Assembly (NCBI RefSeq): GCF_020745735.1
Contig: NW_026868080.1
Location: forward strand, 1-64,000
Direction: 5' to 3'
Source: Hemiscyllium ocellatum
Lineage: Eukaryota
Length of the DNA: 64,000 nucleotides
In this document: positions 1 to 11,639 of the stretch, in pieces
Layout: every line of letters starts with the position of its first letter
Position numbering within the stretch: position 1 is the stretch's first letter
Program-made: the position numbers and the translations under genes
Notes under the pieces: generated by a model
Database searches by the model: none
What the model saw: only the letters and a program-made list of their open reading frames with translations
Told to the model about the DNA's origin: nothing

Positions 1-749
1 AATTGCAGATCTCATCCCTGGAATTTAGAAGGTTGGAGGAGATTTCACTGAAACATTTCAAATTCTCCAGGGACCTGACAGGGTAGATTTTGGGAGGATC
101 TGCCACTATTTGGGAATTCTAAAGCTGAGAGACCTGTCTGGGAATAAGGGGTTAGACGTTTCGATCTCCGATGTGGAATGGGGTCACAGCAGCTATCACC
201 ACTGCTTGACAACACCAGGGACCTGGTTCGATTCCACCCTCAGGGTAACTGTCTGTGTGAGTTTGCTTTCCCCCATGTCTGTGGGGGGGTTCCTCTCTCA
301 ATCCAAAGATGCAGGCTAGGTGGATCAGCCATGGGACGTGTAATGCTCCAGGAAGCTGAGAGGGAGGTGGCTGTGGCTGAATGTCCTTCTTCCACACACT
401 AGATTTATGATTCATCATTGCTGTGGGTCTGCAGTGATATGTCAGTTGTATGACACCAGGACAGCATCCTAAAGGACTTTAGTGGGCTCAATGGGACTCT
501 CCCCAACCATTGTCATCATTAGACTCTTAATTTTGAGATTTTTAAAATTTAAATTACCACCCGTGCCTTTGCCAGATTTTGAACCCAGGTCCCCCAGAAC
601 ATGACTTGGCTCGCGGATTAACAATCTTGTAATGATACCACTAGGCCATTGCCGCCCCACATGCAGGTGAGCTCTATCTTGAATTTATTCAAATACTAAG
701 TACTGACTAAGTATCTGAGATGAGTATTCCAAAATTCCTCTGAGTGAAG

Positions 750-1020
750 AATCAATAGAATCCCTACAATGAAAACAGGCCATTCTCCCATACCGCCTCT
801 CCAAAGAGCATCTCACCCAGACCCACTCCCTATAACCTTGCATTTCCCATGGCCATTCAACGATCCCATGCTTTTTGGACTGTGGAAGGAAACCAGATCA
901 CCTGAGGGAACCCAGGCCGACACAGGGAGAATGTGTAAACGCCACAAACAGCTGCCCGAGGAATCGAACTCAGGTCCCTACGCTGTGAGGCAACAGTGCT
1001 AGTCTCTGTGCCACCCCACT
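750..1020 (-). mobile_element. HE1-like tRNA-derived SINE (degenerate)
   Basis: Matches the reverse complement of the SINE copy at 62623-62917. Confidence 0.8.
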
Positions 1021-1059
1021 TGATTCTGGGCAAAAAATGCTGGCATACCATGTGATGCC

Positions 1060-1940
1060 CAATCCCGTAAATAAATTTAAGAAAAGATCAGTAAAGCTGG
1101 ATTGGGGGAGTGTGATGGATTACTCCCCACATCTGGATGGGCACAGCTCCAAAAACAGTCAAGAAGCTTGATATCATCCAGTACAAAGCAACCTGCGATT
1201 GGCACCACATCCACAAACATTCACTCCTCCCTCCACCACTGATACTCAGTAGCAGCCGTGTGCACCTCACAAGATCTCTGCAGAAATCCACCAAGTCTCC
1301 TGAGACAGCACAGTCCAAACCCAAGGCCATTTCCATTTGAAGGACAAGGCAGCAGATACACAGAACACCACCACCTTCAAGTTCCACTCTAATCTACATA
1401 GCATCCTGATTTGAAAATATACTACTGTTCCTTCAGTATCGCTGGGTCAAAATCTTGGACTTCCCTCCCTTAGGCATTGTGGGTTTATCTACAGCACATG
1501 GACTGCAGCGGTTCAAGAAGACAGCTCACGACCACCTTGCAAAGGGCAGCATTGTGGGTCAGTGGTTAGTGCTGCTCCCTTACAGCGCCAGGGACCTGGG
1601 TTCAAATCCATCCTGGGATGACTGTCTGTCTGGAGTTTGCACATTTTTCCCCATGTCTGAGTGAGTTTCCTCCACACAATCCATAGATGTGCAGGTTTGG
1701 TGGATTAGCCATGCTAAATTGCACGTCGTGTCCAGGGATGTGCAGGCAGGGTGGATTAGCCATGGGAAATGCAGCATTACAAGGATGGGGCTGATCTAGA
1801 TGGGATGCTGTTTGGTGGGTTGGTGTGAACTTGATGGGCTGAATGGCCTGCTTCCACACCATATAATGATTCTATGAGGGCAACTAGGAATCTTGCCCAG
1901 ACAGCAACACCCATGTCCTCCAAGTGAGTTTTAAACAAAA
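1060..1940 (+). mobile_element. LINE 3' end (second CR1/L2-clade family) with a nested HE1-like SINE at 1547-1876
   Basis: RT C-terminal remnant and tail; the SINE is flanked by an AGGGCA direct repeat. Confidence 0.7.
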
Positions 1941-3404
1941 ACACCATCTTCACCACTTACTATTCCATCAGTCTTTGTGTCAATGTGGAACTATGATTCT
2001 CATTAATACATACAGTAAGTAGTTAAGGCCTCACCACAGAATCCTTGTGGAACACCACTCGTCACTTTCTTTCTCTGTTGTCTGTCACTAAACCAGCCTC
2101 TGAACCAAGTCAAACATTCATCTTCAATCCCATGGGTTTTAATATTGGTCAGCAGACTGTTGTGGTAAATGATCGAGTACTTCTGAAAGTTGATAAGCCT
2201 ATACATCCTATCAACTATTTTATTTAATGCATTTGGTTTGTTAGTTAGAACTTACCCATCACAAATCTATGTGGGCTATTTCCAATTCTGTACATGTTCA
2301 TTCTCTCGGCTGTTAATTATAGATTCCAATGAAACCCCTAAAAGAGATGTTAGATTGACCAGGATATAATTTCCTCGGTTCCCTCGCTCATCTTTCTTCA
2401 ACCCGTGGAGTTACAGCAAGACATTTTCCAAACTAAAGGAATCGTTACTGCTTTGGAATCTGATGGGAAAAGCCTCTTAAACTTCTTCCCCCCCTTCCTT
2501 TAAACTCCTAAGGTCCTGGAGATCTGTCAGCCTTTAGAGCTACTCACTTTACAATGCTGTTTTCTGGCAAGTATCAAGTATTGTGAATTCAAATCTTCCA
2601 TTCATTATTAACCTCCCTGGAGTGGAAGCTGCATTATCCCGTGTTTTGACTGTGAAGACCGACACAACTAATTATTGTTCACATCGGCCATTCCCTTAGT
2701 CTCATTCATGGAATTCCCAGTTTGTTTTTAAAGGGCTCACATTGCACTGGAGCCTCCTTGATTTTCTAATTTTCGTGTAAAGCATTTGTGTTATTCTTGT
2801 GACCCCTTGCAGGTCTCTCTCTCAATCACTTTTTTGTAACTCTTGCTTCCTTTTTGTCTTCCTTTGCAGTTCTTCATATCTTCCTTTAGTTGCCTGAATT
2901 CTCACTGATATTCCCACATTTGAGTGTTCTCACCTTTAGTTTTCTGTGTTCTCCCCTTATTTTGTCAGTGATGATGGCTAACAAGTGGGGACCTGTTCCA
3001 TACTGAGCTGAATTCATTTGAACCATCTCCCCATCTCATTGGGAGTCTAATCTGACAATTTTGGCTGACACCAATCTCTATTGCATTCTGGTTTCTGGGA
3101 GGTGGGTGTCACTGGCATAGATCACCATTTGTTACCCAAGACTAATTATCCTTGAACTGCTGGCCTTGCTGTGGCCTCTCAGAAGGCACCTAAGAGTTAA
3201 CCAGATTGCTGTGGGGCTGGAGTCACATGAAGTCCAGACTGGGTAAGGCTGAGGCTGGACAGCATTCAGGGATCATTATTGTGGTCACCATTAATGAGGC
3301 TTGCTTTGTGATTTGAATTCAAATTCCAGCACTTGTCACTGGGGAGATAGTACAGTTCGATGTATTGTGGCAGGATCTCTGTTTTGTATCTCACCTGAAA
3401 GACA

Positions 3405-3965
3405 ACAGCTCCCTCAGTTTTGCAGTGTCAGCCTTGACTGTGTGCTCAACATAGGAATTAGGAGCAGGAGGAGGCAATTCAGCCCTTTGACCCCGCTCCG
3501 CCATTTAACATGGCCGTGGCTGATCTTATCCTGGTCTCAATTCCACTCTCCTGCCTGCTCCCCCTTGTTCTTTATCTCATGTTTAATCAGAAACACATCG
3601 TTCTTGAGCCTATTGATTGATTCTGCCTCCACTGCACTCTGGGGCATTGAGTTTCACAGATTCACAACCCTCTGGGAGAAGTAGTTTCTCCTCATCTCAG
3701 TTTTGAACCAACCTCCTCTCACTCGATATCGATGACCTCTTGTTCCAGACTGTCCCACAAGGGGGAGCATCTATTCAATATCCACCTTATCAATCCCTTT
3801 CACATTTTCTATCCCTCAGTCAGATCCCTCCTCATTCTTTTGAACTCCAGTGAGTACAAGCCCAATCTATTTAACTGCTCCTCATAGGACAGCCCTTTCA
3901 TCCCTGGGATCAGTCTGGGGAACATCCTCTGAACAGCCTCCAGTGCCACCACATCCTTCCTCAAA
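3405..3965 (-). mobile_element. CR1 LINE 3' fragment
   Basis: Reverse complement of the CR1 RT C-terminus and GCAGGAGTAGGCCATTC-type tail. Confidence 0.75.
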
Positions 3966-4149
3966 TGGTGTAAGGTGTAAGGGAATGGGTTTGGGTGGGA
4001 TGCTCTTCGGAGGGTCAGTGTGGACTTGTTGGGTCGAGGGGCCTGTTTCCATACGTAAGTAATCTAATTTCATAAGCAGACCACAATTGGACACAATACT
4101 GCAGTTGTGTCTCACCAATGTCTTCCATATGTTCTGGTTTGTAATGTAT

Positions 4150-4960
4150 GATCAATGCGTGTTCAGATGGGCCAATGGGCAAGGAGTGGGAGATGGAGTT
4201 TAATTTAGATAAGTGTAAGGCATTGCTTTTTGGGAAGGCAAATCAGGGCAGGTTCCTGGAGATTGTTACTGAGCAAAGAGACTTGGAGTGCAGGCTCACA
4301 GTTCCTTCAAAGTGAAGCCATGGATAAACAGGGTAGTGACGAAGGTGATTGGTACACTTGCCTTTATTGGTCCATGCATTGAGTATAGGAGTTGGGATGT
4401 CATGTTCTGGCTGTCCACCAAAGTGGCCATTGGTGAGGACACCTTGAGAATACAGGGCTCAGTTCTGGTCTTCCTGCTCTAGGAATAATGTTGTTCAACT
4501 TGAAAGGGGGCAAATAAAGATTTGCAAGGATGTTGCTGGTTTGAGCTACAAGGAGAGGCTGAATAGATTGGGGCTACTTTCCCTGGAGCGTTGGAGGTTG
4601 AGGGGTGAACTTATGGAGGTTTATAAAATCATGAAGGGCGCATCGATAAGGTGAATATCCAAGGTCTTTTTCCCAGGGTATGTCAGTCCAAAACTAGAGG
4701 GCATAGGTTTAAGGTAATAGAGGAAGAATTTGTAAGGGAATTAAGGGGCAACTTTTCATGCAGAGGATGGTGCATGCACGGAATGAGCTGCCAGTGGAAG
4801 TGGTGGAAGCTGGTACAATTACATCATTTATATGGGTCCATGAACAGGAAGGGTTTAGAGGGATAAGGGCTAAATCATGGCAAATGGAACTAGATGAGGA
4901 TGTCTGGTTGGCATGGATGAGTTGAACCGAAGGGTCTGTTTTCCGTGCTGAATGACTCTC
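4150..4960 (+). mobile_element. CR1 LINE ORF2 3' fragment
   Basis: Remnants such as FIGPCIEYRSWDVM and KTRGHRFKV. Confidence 0.85.
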
Positions 4961-5511
4961 TGACTAAGACACTGGTTTAAATAGACAAAGCTTCTGAGAC
5001 AGAGGTGACAGTGCTCCCACTGACCAGGTTCCAGTTTGTACAGGGCTCCGCTCTCAGCTGGATGGTTGGGAGTTGGAGCTGATTTTAAGCTGTATTTTGG
5101 AGAGGAGTAAGCAACCTTTTTGATCAAAGCCTCCAGAAATGTGAAGGTGACATTTATGAGCAATTCAGAGCAATGATCAACTCGGTTATTTTGACTCCTG
5201 GGGCCTGCTGAGTACTAAACCTCAGCATTTAGGGATTGCTGAGAAATATCTTCATTGACTTGGACATTAATTGTACTTTTCAGGTCCCACAGTTTAATGA
5301 AGAGTCCAGAAGATTATATCTTTAGGTTATTTCCCGACCTCATTGTTGCTGTCTACAAGGCTGTGAAGGACACAGAGTGGAAGAAGTACTTTCCAAAAGA
5401 ATAGAGGCTGCTCCTGTCTTCAAAGGTTGCCATCTCTTGAGTGGATATGAGACAGAACCACATGTATGCTTCAGGGCTAGAATGGAAAGAAGGAACTTTC
5501 ATTTGTATCAC

Positions 5512-5835
5512 AAAATCCCTATAGTGTGGAAGTAGGCCATTCAGCCTATCGAGTACACACCACCCCTCTGAAGAGCATTCCATCCAGACCCCGATGCTAT
5601 CCCTGTATTTTCCAATGGCTAATCCACCTAGCCTGCTCATCCCTGGACACTGTAGGCAATTTAGCATGGCCAATTTACCAGCCTGCAGATCTTTAGGACA
5701 GTGGGAGGAAGCCAGAGTACCTGGGGGAAGCTCACGCAGATACAGGGAGAACGTGAAAACTCCACACAGACCTGTCTGAGGCGGGTCCCTGACGCTGTGA
5801 GGCAGCAGTGCCAACCACTGAGCCATCGTGCCACC
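5512..5835 (-). mobile_element. HE1-like SINE
   Basis: tRNA-like head GGTGGCACGATGGCTCAGTGGTTGGCACTGCTGCCTCAC on the minus strand. Confidence 0.85.
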
Positions 5836-6119
5836 CCAAATGTATAGCACTTTTTGTTACCTGAGGATGTTCCAAAGCATTTTATTGATAGAGATGTGGG
5901 TTTGGAACATGAATAAGGTTACATTTGGGCCACACAGCTGCCAGGCAATGACTGTCTCCAACAAGAGAGAATGTAACTATCTTGCCTTGATGTTCAGTAG
6001 CTGTGTGCTGTATGAACACATTACCTTTAAGAAAATCCATCCCTGTGTATGTACAGTGTTGAACTCTACCCACCAGTTAGTCATCTGTGAGCCTGCAAGC
6101 TGCACAGACCAAGATCAAT

Positions 6120-6437
6120 TCGCTGAATCCCTACAGTGTGGAAATAGGCCTCCACACTGACCCTCCAAAGAGCATCCCACTCCCCCACCCCATTACTCTA
6201 CATATTCCTGACTACTGCACCTAACCCACATATCCCTGAACACGATGGACAATTTAGTTTGGCCAATTCACCGAACCTGCATATCCTTTGACTGTGGGAA
6301 GAAACCGGAGCATCCAGAGGAAACCCACAGAGACACGGGGAGAATGTGCAAACTCCAAACAGACAGTTGCCCGAGGCTGGAATCGAACCTGGGTCCCTGG
6401 TGCTGTGGGACAGCAGTGCTGACCACTGAGCCTCAGT
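6120..6437 (-). mobile_element. HE1-like SINE
   Basis: Same family body and head on the minus strand. Confidence 0.85.
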
Positions 6438-8127
6438 GCAGTCCATTCTTGCTTGCTGTAATGTCTGCTTCACGACTTGTAATGTGTTTTTGCTTTAACT
6501 AAACTAACTTACAAAGTTAATGGATTGATTATGGGACCATTATCCTAAACATATGATGGTGAAAGGCTGGACAAAACACTGTACAGATGAGGCCTATTGC
6601 ACAAGCAGCTTCATCTGCATGTAGAATATACAAATGACAGTCTTTGATTGTGTGAAAGTGTATGAGGCAACATATGGGCAAGGAACAAAAGTAGGCCACT
6701 CGGCCCTTATGGCTGATCTGATTTTAACCTCAACTCTACATTCTCTGATAATGTTTCATCCCTTCAGTCACCAAGAATCTATCTATGGTCATGGCTGATC
6801 ATCGAGCACTACACTGTAATCCCTCCCTACCCCATATCCCTTGAATCTTTAGCCACAAGAGCTATCTCTACCCCCTTCTTGAAAACATAATGTTTTGGCC
6901 TCAACAACTTTCTGTGACAGAGAATTCCACAGGCTCACCACTCTCTGGGTGAAAACATTTTTCCTCATCTCTATCCTATAGAGTTTACCCCTTAACCTTA
7001 AACTATGAGCCCTGGTTCTGGACTTCCCCACCATTTGGAACATCCTTCCTCCATCTAACATGTCTCATCCTGTTCCAATTTTATACCTTTGTACAAGATT
7101 CCCTTCCTTCATTCTTCTAAACTCCAATGAACACAATCCTCACCAACTCAACCTCTCTTTATACATCAGTCCTGCCTTCACAGAAATCAAATGGCATTCA
7201 GTAATTAATATTAATCACCTCATTATGGAAGACAGACTTTGAAGGTCAGGGTGAGAGGACAATCATTGCCAGTTCTAAAATTCAGGCTTCTGTTGCAGTA
7301 AGCTCAATGGAATCATTGTATACAATCTGACAACAGCAGAAAGATGGGAGGTGTAGATGGAGGGTGCAGACAGCGGTGTAGACAGTGGGTTTGGACACGG
7401 GGTGTAAACGGAGGGTGCAGACAGTGTGTATAGACAGTCGCATCGACAGAAGGTGCAGATGCTGGGTGCAGACTGTGCTGTAGCAAGTAGTATAAACATG
7501 TGCCAGACTTTGCGTGGTGACCAGACGAGTGGCTGTGTGGAATCACACAGAGAGCAGTCAGTGAGCCTGACACAGTCAGGGACACCCCCTGGTGCTGAAG
7601 GTCATGCTGCTGCTGGCAAAGGTCGCATTTCATTTGAAACTGTACTCACTCCCTACACACTCCCCTCTTGTCCCCATATTCCTCACGACAACCCCTGGAG
7701 ATGTCAGCCAGCACTCTGTGCTTTTGCTCAGTCTCCATTGGCCTTGCTTCCATTAGTCTTGACCCTCCTTCCAAGCTCCTACTTGGGCCTTCACTGAAGC
7801 TTAAACCATTTCCTCTGAACCTTGATCATGTATGTTCCACCCTCGACAGCCTATACTAGTCACCATTAACCTGCACAGCCCTCTCAGCATAGATACAACA
7901 TAGAAAAGGCATTTCGGCCCATTGAGTCTGCACGAACATAATTACAACTGAAGGCACTTTTATCCCAATTTCCTGCCGTTGTCCCAAATCCATGAATGTT
8001 ATGATATTCAAGGGTTGTAAGGTATCTACCCTCCACTACCTTCCCTGACAGAGGGTTGCGAGTTTATAGTTTGTGTCACATCAGACTCATGAAGCTGAAT
8101 GAAATCTCAACTCTTTGGGCTTTTTTA

Positions 8128-8465
8128 TGGGTGGCATGGTGGCTCAGTGGTTAGTACTGCTGCCTCACAGCACTAGGGACCCGGGTCGATTCCAGCCCCG
8201 GGTATCTGTGTGGAGTTTGCACAGTCTCCCCGTGTCTGTGTGTTTTTCCTCTGTATGCTCCAGTTTCCTCCCACAACCCAAAGATGTGCAGCTTAGGTGA
8301 ATTGGCCATGCTAAAATTGCCATAGTGTTCAGGGATGTGTTAGTTAGGTGTGTTAGTCAGGGGAAATAGCCAAGGGGAGTGGATCTCGGGTGAATTTCTC
8401 TTCGGAGGATTGGTCGGGACGTGTTGCACCAAATGGCCTGTTTCCACACTGTAGGAATTCTATGA
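8128..8465 (+). mobile_element. HE1-like SINE
   Basis: GGTGGCATGGTGGCTCAGTGGTTAGTACTGCTGCCTCAC head and CCTGTTTCCACACTGTAGG tail. Confidence 0.88.
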
Positions 8466-8854
8466 CAGTCCATTCCAGATTCCCACCACCCTCTGAGTGA
8501 AAGAGGTTCTTTCCCAAATCTCATTTGCGATGTTCGTAAAGGAATCTTTCAAACCATTCATATTGTTCAGTGTCCTTTAGCTCTTGCGCTCCTTGTTCGA
8601 TAAGTGTTTTTTTTCCTGATAAAATATGAGTTCCCTGATGGGTTTAACCTTGTCCAATCAGGGAGCCTTGGCTGACAGATAAAAATGGGAGTGTCAGAAG
8701 GACTGATACTCTGTTACCTGACTCTGAATAACAACCTGCCAACCATCCCCCTCCTTCTGTTACCCTCAATCTCCTCATGCTTATTCTTGATACCCCTTCA
8801 ATCCAGCTTGTGCTTCCTTTGGGAGAGGTTGACCTTCCCTCCATCACCCAGGAA

Positions 8855-9170
8855 CGTGGTTATCATCCCTGCTAGCACTGCTGCCTCACAGCACCAGGGT
8901 CCCAGGTTCGATTCCAGCCTCGGGTGAATGTCTGTGTGGAGTTTGCACATTCTCCCTGTGTCTGCCTGGGTTTCCTCCGGTTGCCCTGGTTTCCTCCCAC
9001 AGTCCAAAGATGTGCAAATCAGGTGAATTGGCCATGTTAAATTGCCCATAGTTTTAGGTGCATTAGTCAGAGGGAAATGAGTCGGGTGGGTTTCTGTTTG
9101 GAGGGTCGGTGTGGATTGGTTGGGCCGAAAGGCCTGTTTCCACACTGTAGGTAATCTAATCTAATCTAAT
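8855..9170 (+). mobile_element. HE1-like SINE with (TAATC)n tail
   Basis: B-box GGTTCGATTCC; tail GTAATCTAATCTAATCTAATC. Confidence 0.88.
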
Positions 9171-9839
9171 CCCAGAGGAGCATAGTCCCACTCACTCATT
9201 ACAGACAGAGCCAAATGGTGGTGAGTTTAATCCAAGGGTCACCACAGCTGAGGCAGGGGGAGAGAAGGTGGCACCTTCATGTTAGTCGTACCCTTCATTA
9301 ATCCACTGCAACCCCCCTTGGGGCTGCAAGAATTCAACCACCCTCGTTCAGACAGCTCCCCTCTCTGTAAGGTAATATTACTGCACGTAGTTTTGAGCTA
9401 ATTGACCATTGAAATATGACTATGGGTAGTCAGCACTGGCTGGGCAGGCAGCCACAACTGCAATGACCCTGGATCCAGAAAATCCCCTTGTAATCAGGCA
9501 ACACATTAGGGAGCACAGTGCCCACTGCCTCTGAAATCCCTCCCTTACTGAGAACACACTCTCAGTATTCACCTTTCTCAGTTGCCATCTCAATTTCACT
9601 GTAAATTCTATCAACTATGATCCTGCCCCACTAGCTGCCTGATGAAGGAGCTCTGAAAGCATGTACTTCCAAAGAAACCTGTTGGACTATAACCTGGTGT
9701 TGTGTGATTTTTAACTTTGGCCATCTCACTGAGGCACCATTTCAGACTGAACTGTTTTTCATTCATGATTTGAGACGATTAAAGCCAAGTCTTCAATTCC
9801 CATCACAAAGCCCATTCTCTATCCATCACTCAGAGACAA

Positions 9840-10400
9840 ATACCTCAGAGACACCTACAGGCAGCACAGAGTAACACATTCACACTCAATGAGATACTGA
9901 CAGGCAGTACAGAATAACACACACGCTCAGAGAGATATCTACAGGCAACACTGAGTAACGCACACACTCAGAGTGCCAGGCAGCACTGAGTAACACACAC
10001 ACTCAGAGTTCCAGGCAGCACTGAGTAACAAGGCAAAAGTGAGGACTGCAGATGCTGGAGCTTAGAGTCGAGAGTGTGGTACTGGAAAAGCACAGCAGGT
10101 CAGGCAGCATCTGAGCAGCAGCAAAATCAACGTTTTGGACATCCTGATGAAGGAATTTTCCTGATGAAGGCATTGATTCTCCTGCTCCTCGGATGTTGCC
10201 TGACCTGCTATGCTTTTCCACCACCACACTCTCTGAGCACTGAGTAACATGCTCACAGTCCATGCTGCCTGGAGGTGTCTCTCTGAGTGTGAACATGTTA
10301 CTCAGTGCTGCATGTCGATGTCTCTGAATAACACACCCACACTCACAGTGACACCTCAGGCAGCATTATGTAAAACACGCACACTCAACTCAGAGAGACA
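9840..10400 (+). repeat. Degenerate ~35-45-bp minisatellite 3' of C, interrupted by a MER6-like element
   Basis: Recurrent CAGGCAGCACTGAGTAACACACACACTCAGAG units. Confidence 0.75.
10030..10231. mobile_element. MER6-like internally palindromic short element
   Basis: CTGCAGATGCTGG...GAAAAGCACAGCAGGTCAGGCAGCATC ... GATGTTGCCTGACCTGCTATGCTTTTCC. Related pieces at 36222-36352, 41815-41905, 43527-43658 and 49325-49538. The family name is from recall, not a database search. Confidence 0.6.
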
Positions 10401-11310
10401 CACAGCCTCCATTCTCAGTGACTGGCCTTAAAACATTACAGGTACTATCCAGCATGCAGCAGAGAGCGCACAGTACTATCCCAGCAACTCTACCTGGATC
10501 AAAAGAGTGAAGAGGGAATGCCTCAGATTGTAATTACAGAGTCCCAACAGCTTTCAGTTTCTGTTTTGTTTGGAAACTTGTAACCTCCACAGTTTCCAGA
10601 TCAAAGGGATCATTTGAAAATGATTGATGATTAGCTGTCAGTCCATACTACAATGAAAGTCTTACTGATTGACAGACCAAACAGCCAATTGTGACAATGC
10701 TGTGCTGAAATGCATCCAATCAGCTGAAGGGAGTGATCCATTTCCAAAGCACACAGAAACAGAGACTGAATCTTCTTCAACTTTAATCTGATTTGATTGG
10801 CTTTGGGAGAATAAACACTAAAATTAACAGCCCAGACAGAGGAAGCTGCTCAAATTCACAGCCACAATGGTGCTTGAGGAAAACACTTGTGGAGGTTTTC
10901 TCAGTAACATGAGAATCCTGTCCCTTTAAACAGTGACAAAACCTTAAATTGGAACTGGTGGCTGAGCAGGAAGGAGATCTGTTTTACTGAAGCAGAGACT
11001 TCAGAGGTTCACATTGTTTTGTACAGCTGGCACTTTTCAGCATCTTCAAGAGATTTTACTTAGCATCACAAGTCAACCCTGACCCGTCAAACACTCCCAG
11101 GACAAGGACAGCATGAGGTTTTACATAGGATAAAACTCTCTCTACGCTGTCCCAATGAACTGCCTGAACTCCTGAACCTCAGAAGTGTCCCCTAGACCAG
11201 TCCTGAGAAGGAGGAGCGTTGACATTCAGTGCTGACAATGACCTTTGTCCTGCCAGCTCAGCCCTGTTCTGTTTAAAGTTGTGTCTCCTCTGTGGACTGT
11301 CTCAAACACT

Positions 11311-11639
11311 CTACACACATTCTGATCTCCTGATGCTCTTGCTGAGGGGAGAGGGGAGGGTCACGTGGGTGAGGGCACAGGAGAAGCGAGCGTTGGACTC
11401 CCAGTCAGACCCAGAGAGGGTCAGCAGGCTGCTGACACTGTAGGTGCTGTCCGAAGCTCGCAGGTAGTTGCTGGTCTGAACCCCGTCCGAAATGACTGCA
11501 CCGTCCTTCTTCCACTGCACCTCCAGCTCATCGGGATAGAAGTGATTGGCAAGGCACACCAGGGTGGCAGTGCCCTTGGCATTGACCTGCTCCAGGGAGG
11601 GGGGCAGCAGGGTCAGCTTGGGCTGAGAGTTCTCACGGC
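11311..11639 (-). CDS. IGKC: Ig kappa (type III/NS4-like) light-chain constant exon, open and apparently intact
   Basis: Acceptor ctttcag at 11641-11640, then GC+RENSQPKLTLLPPSLEQVNAKGTATLVCLANHFYPDELEVQWKKDGAVISDGVQTSNYLRASDSTYSVSSLLTLSGSDWESNARFSCALTHVTLPSPLSKSIRRSECV*. Both C1-set Cys, the Trp and the terminal Cys are present, and the phase matches the J donor (A|GC=Ser). Confidence 0.96.

Noticed and set aside
7275-7797. ORFs 7313-7633, 7275-7499 and 7426-7797 as an Ig-like or other gene
   Set aside because: No Ig motifs in any frame; the frames run through a degenerate repeat.
10344-10382. CACAGTG 3' of C in Kde-like orientation
   Set aside because: Only 3-4 of 9 nonamer matches at 22-23-nt spacing, and it lies within a CA-rich minisatellite.
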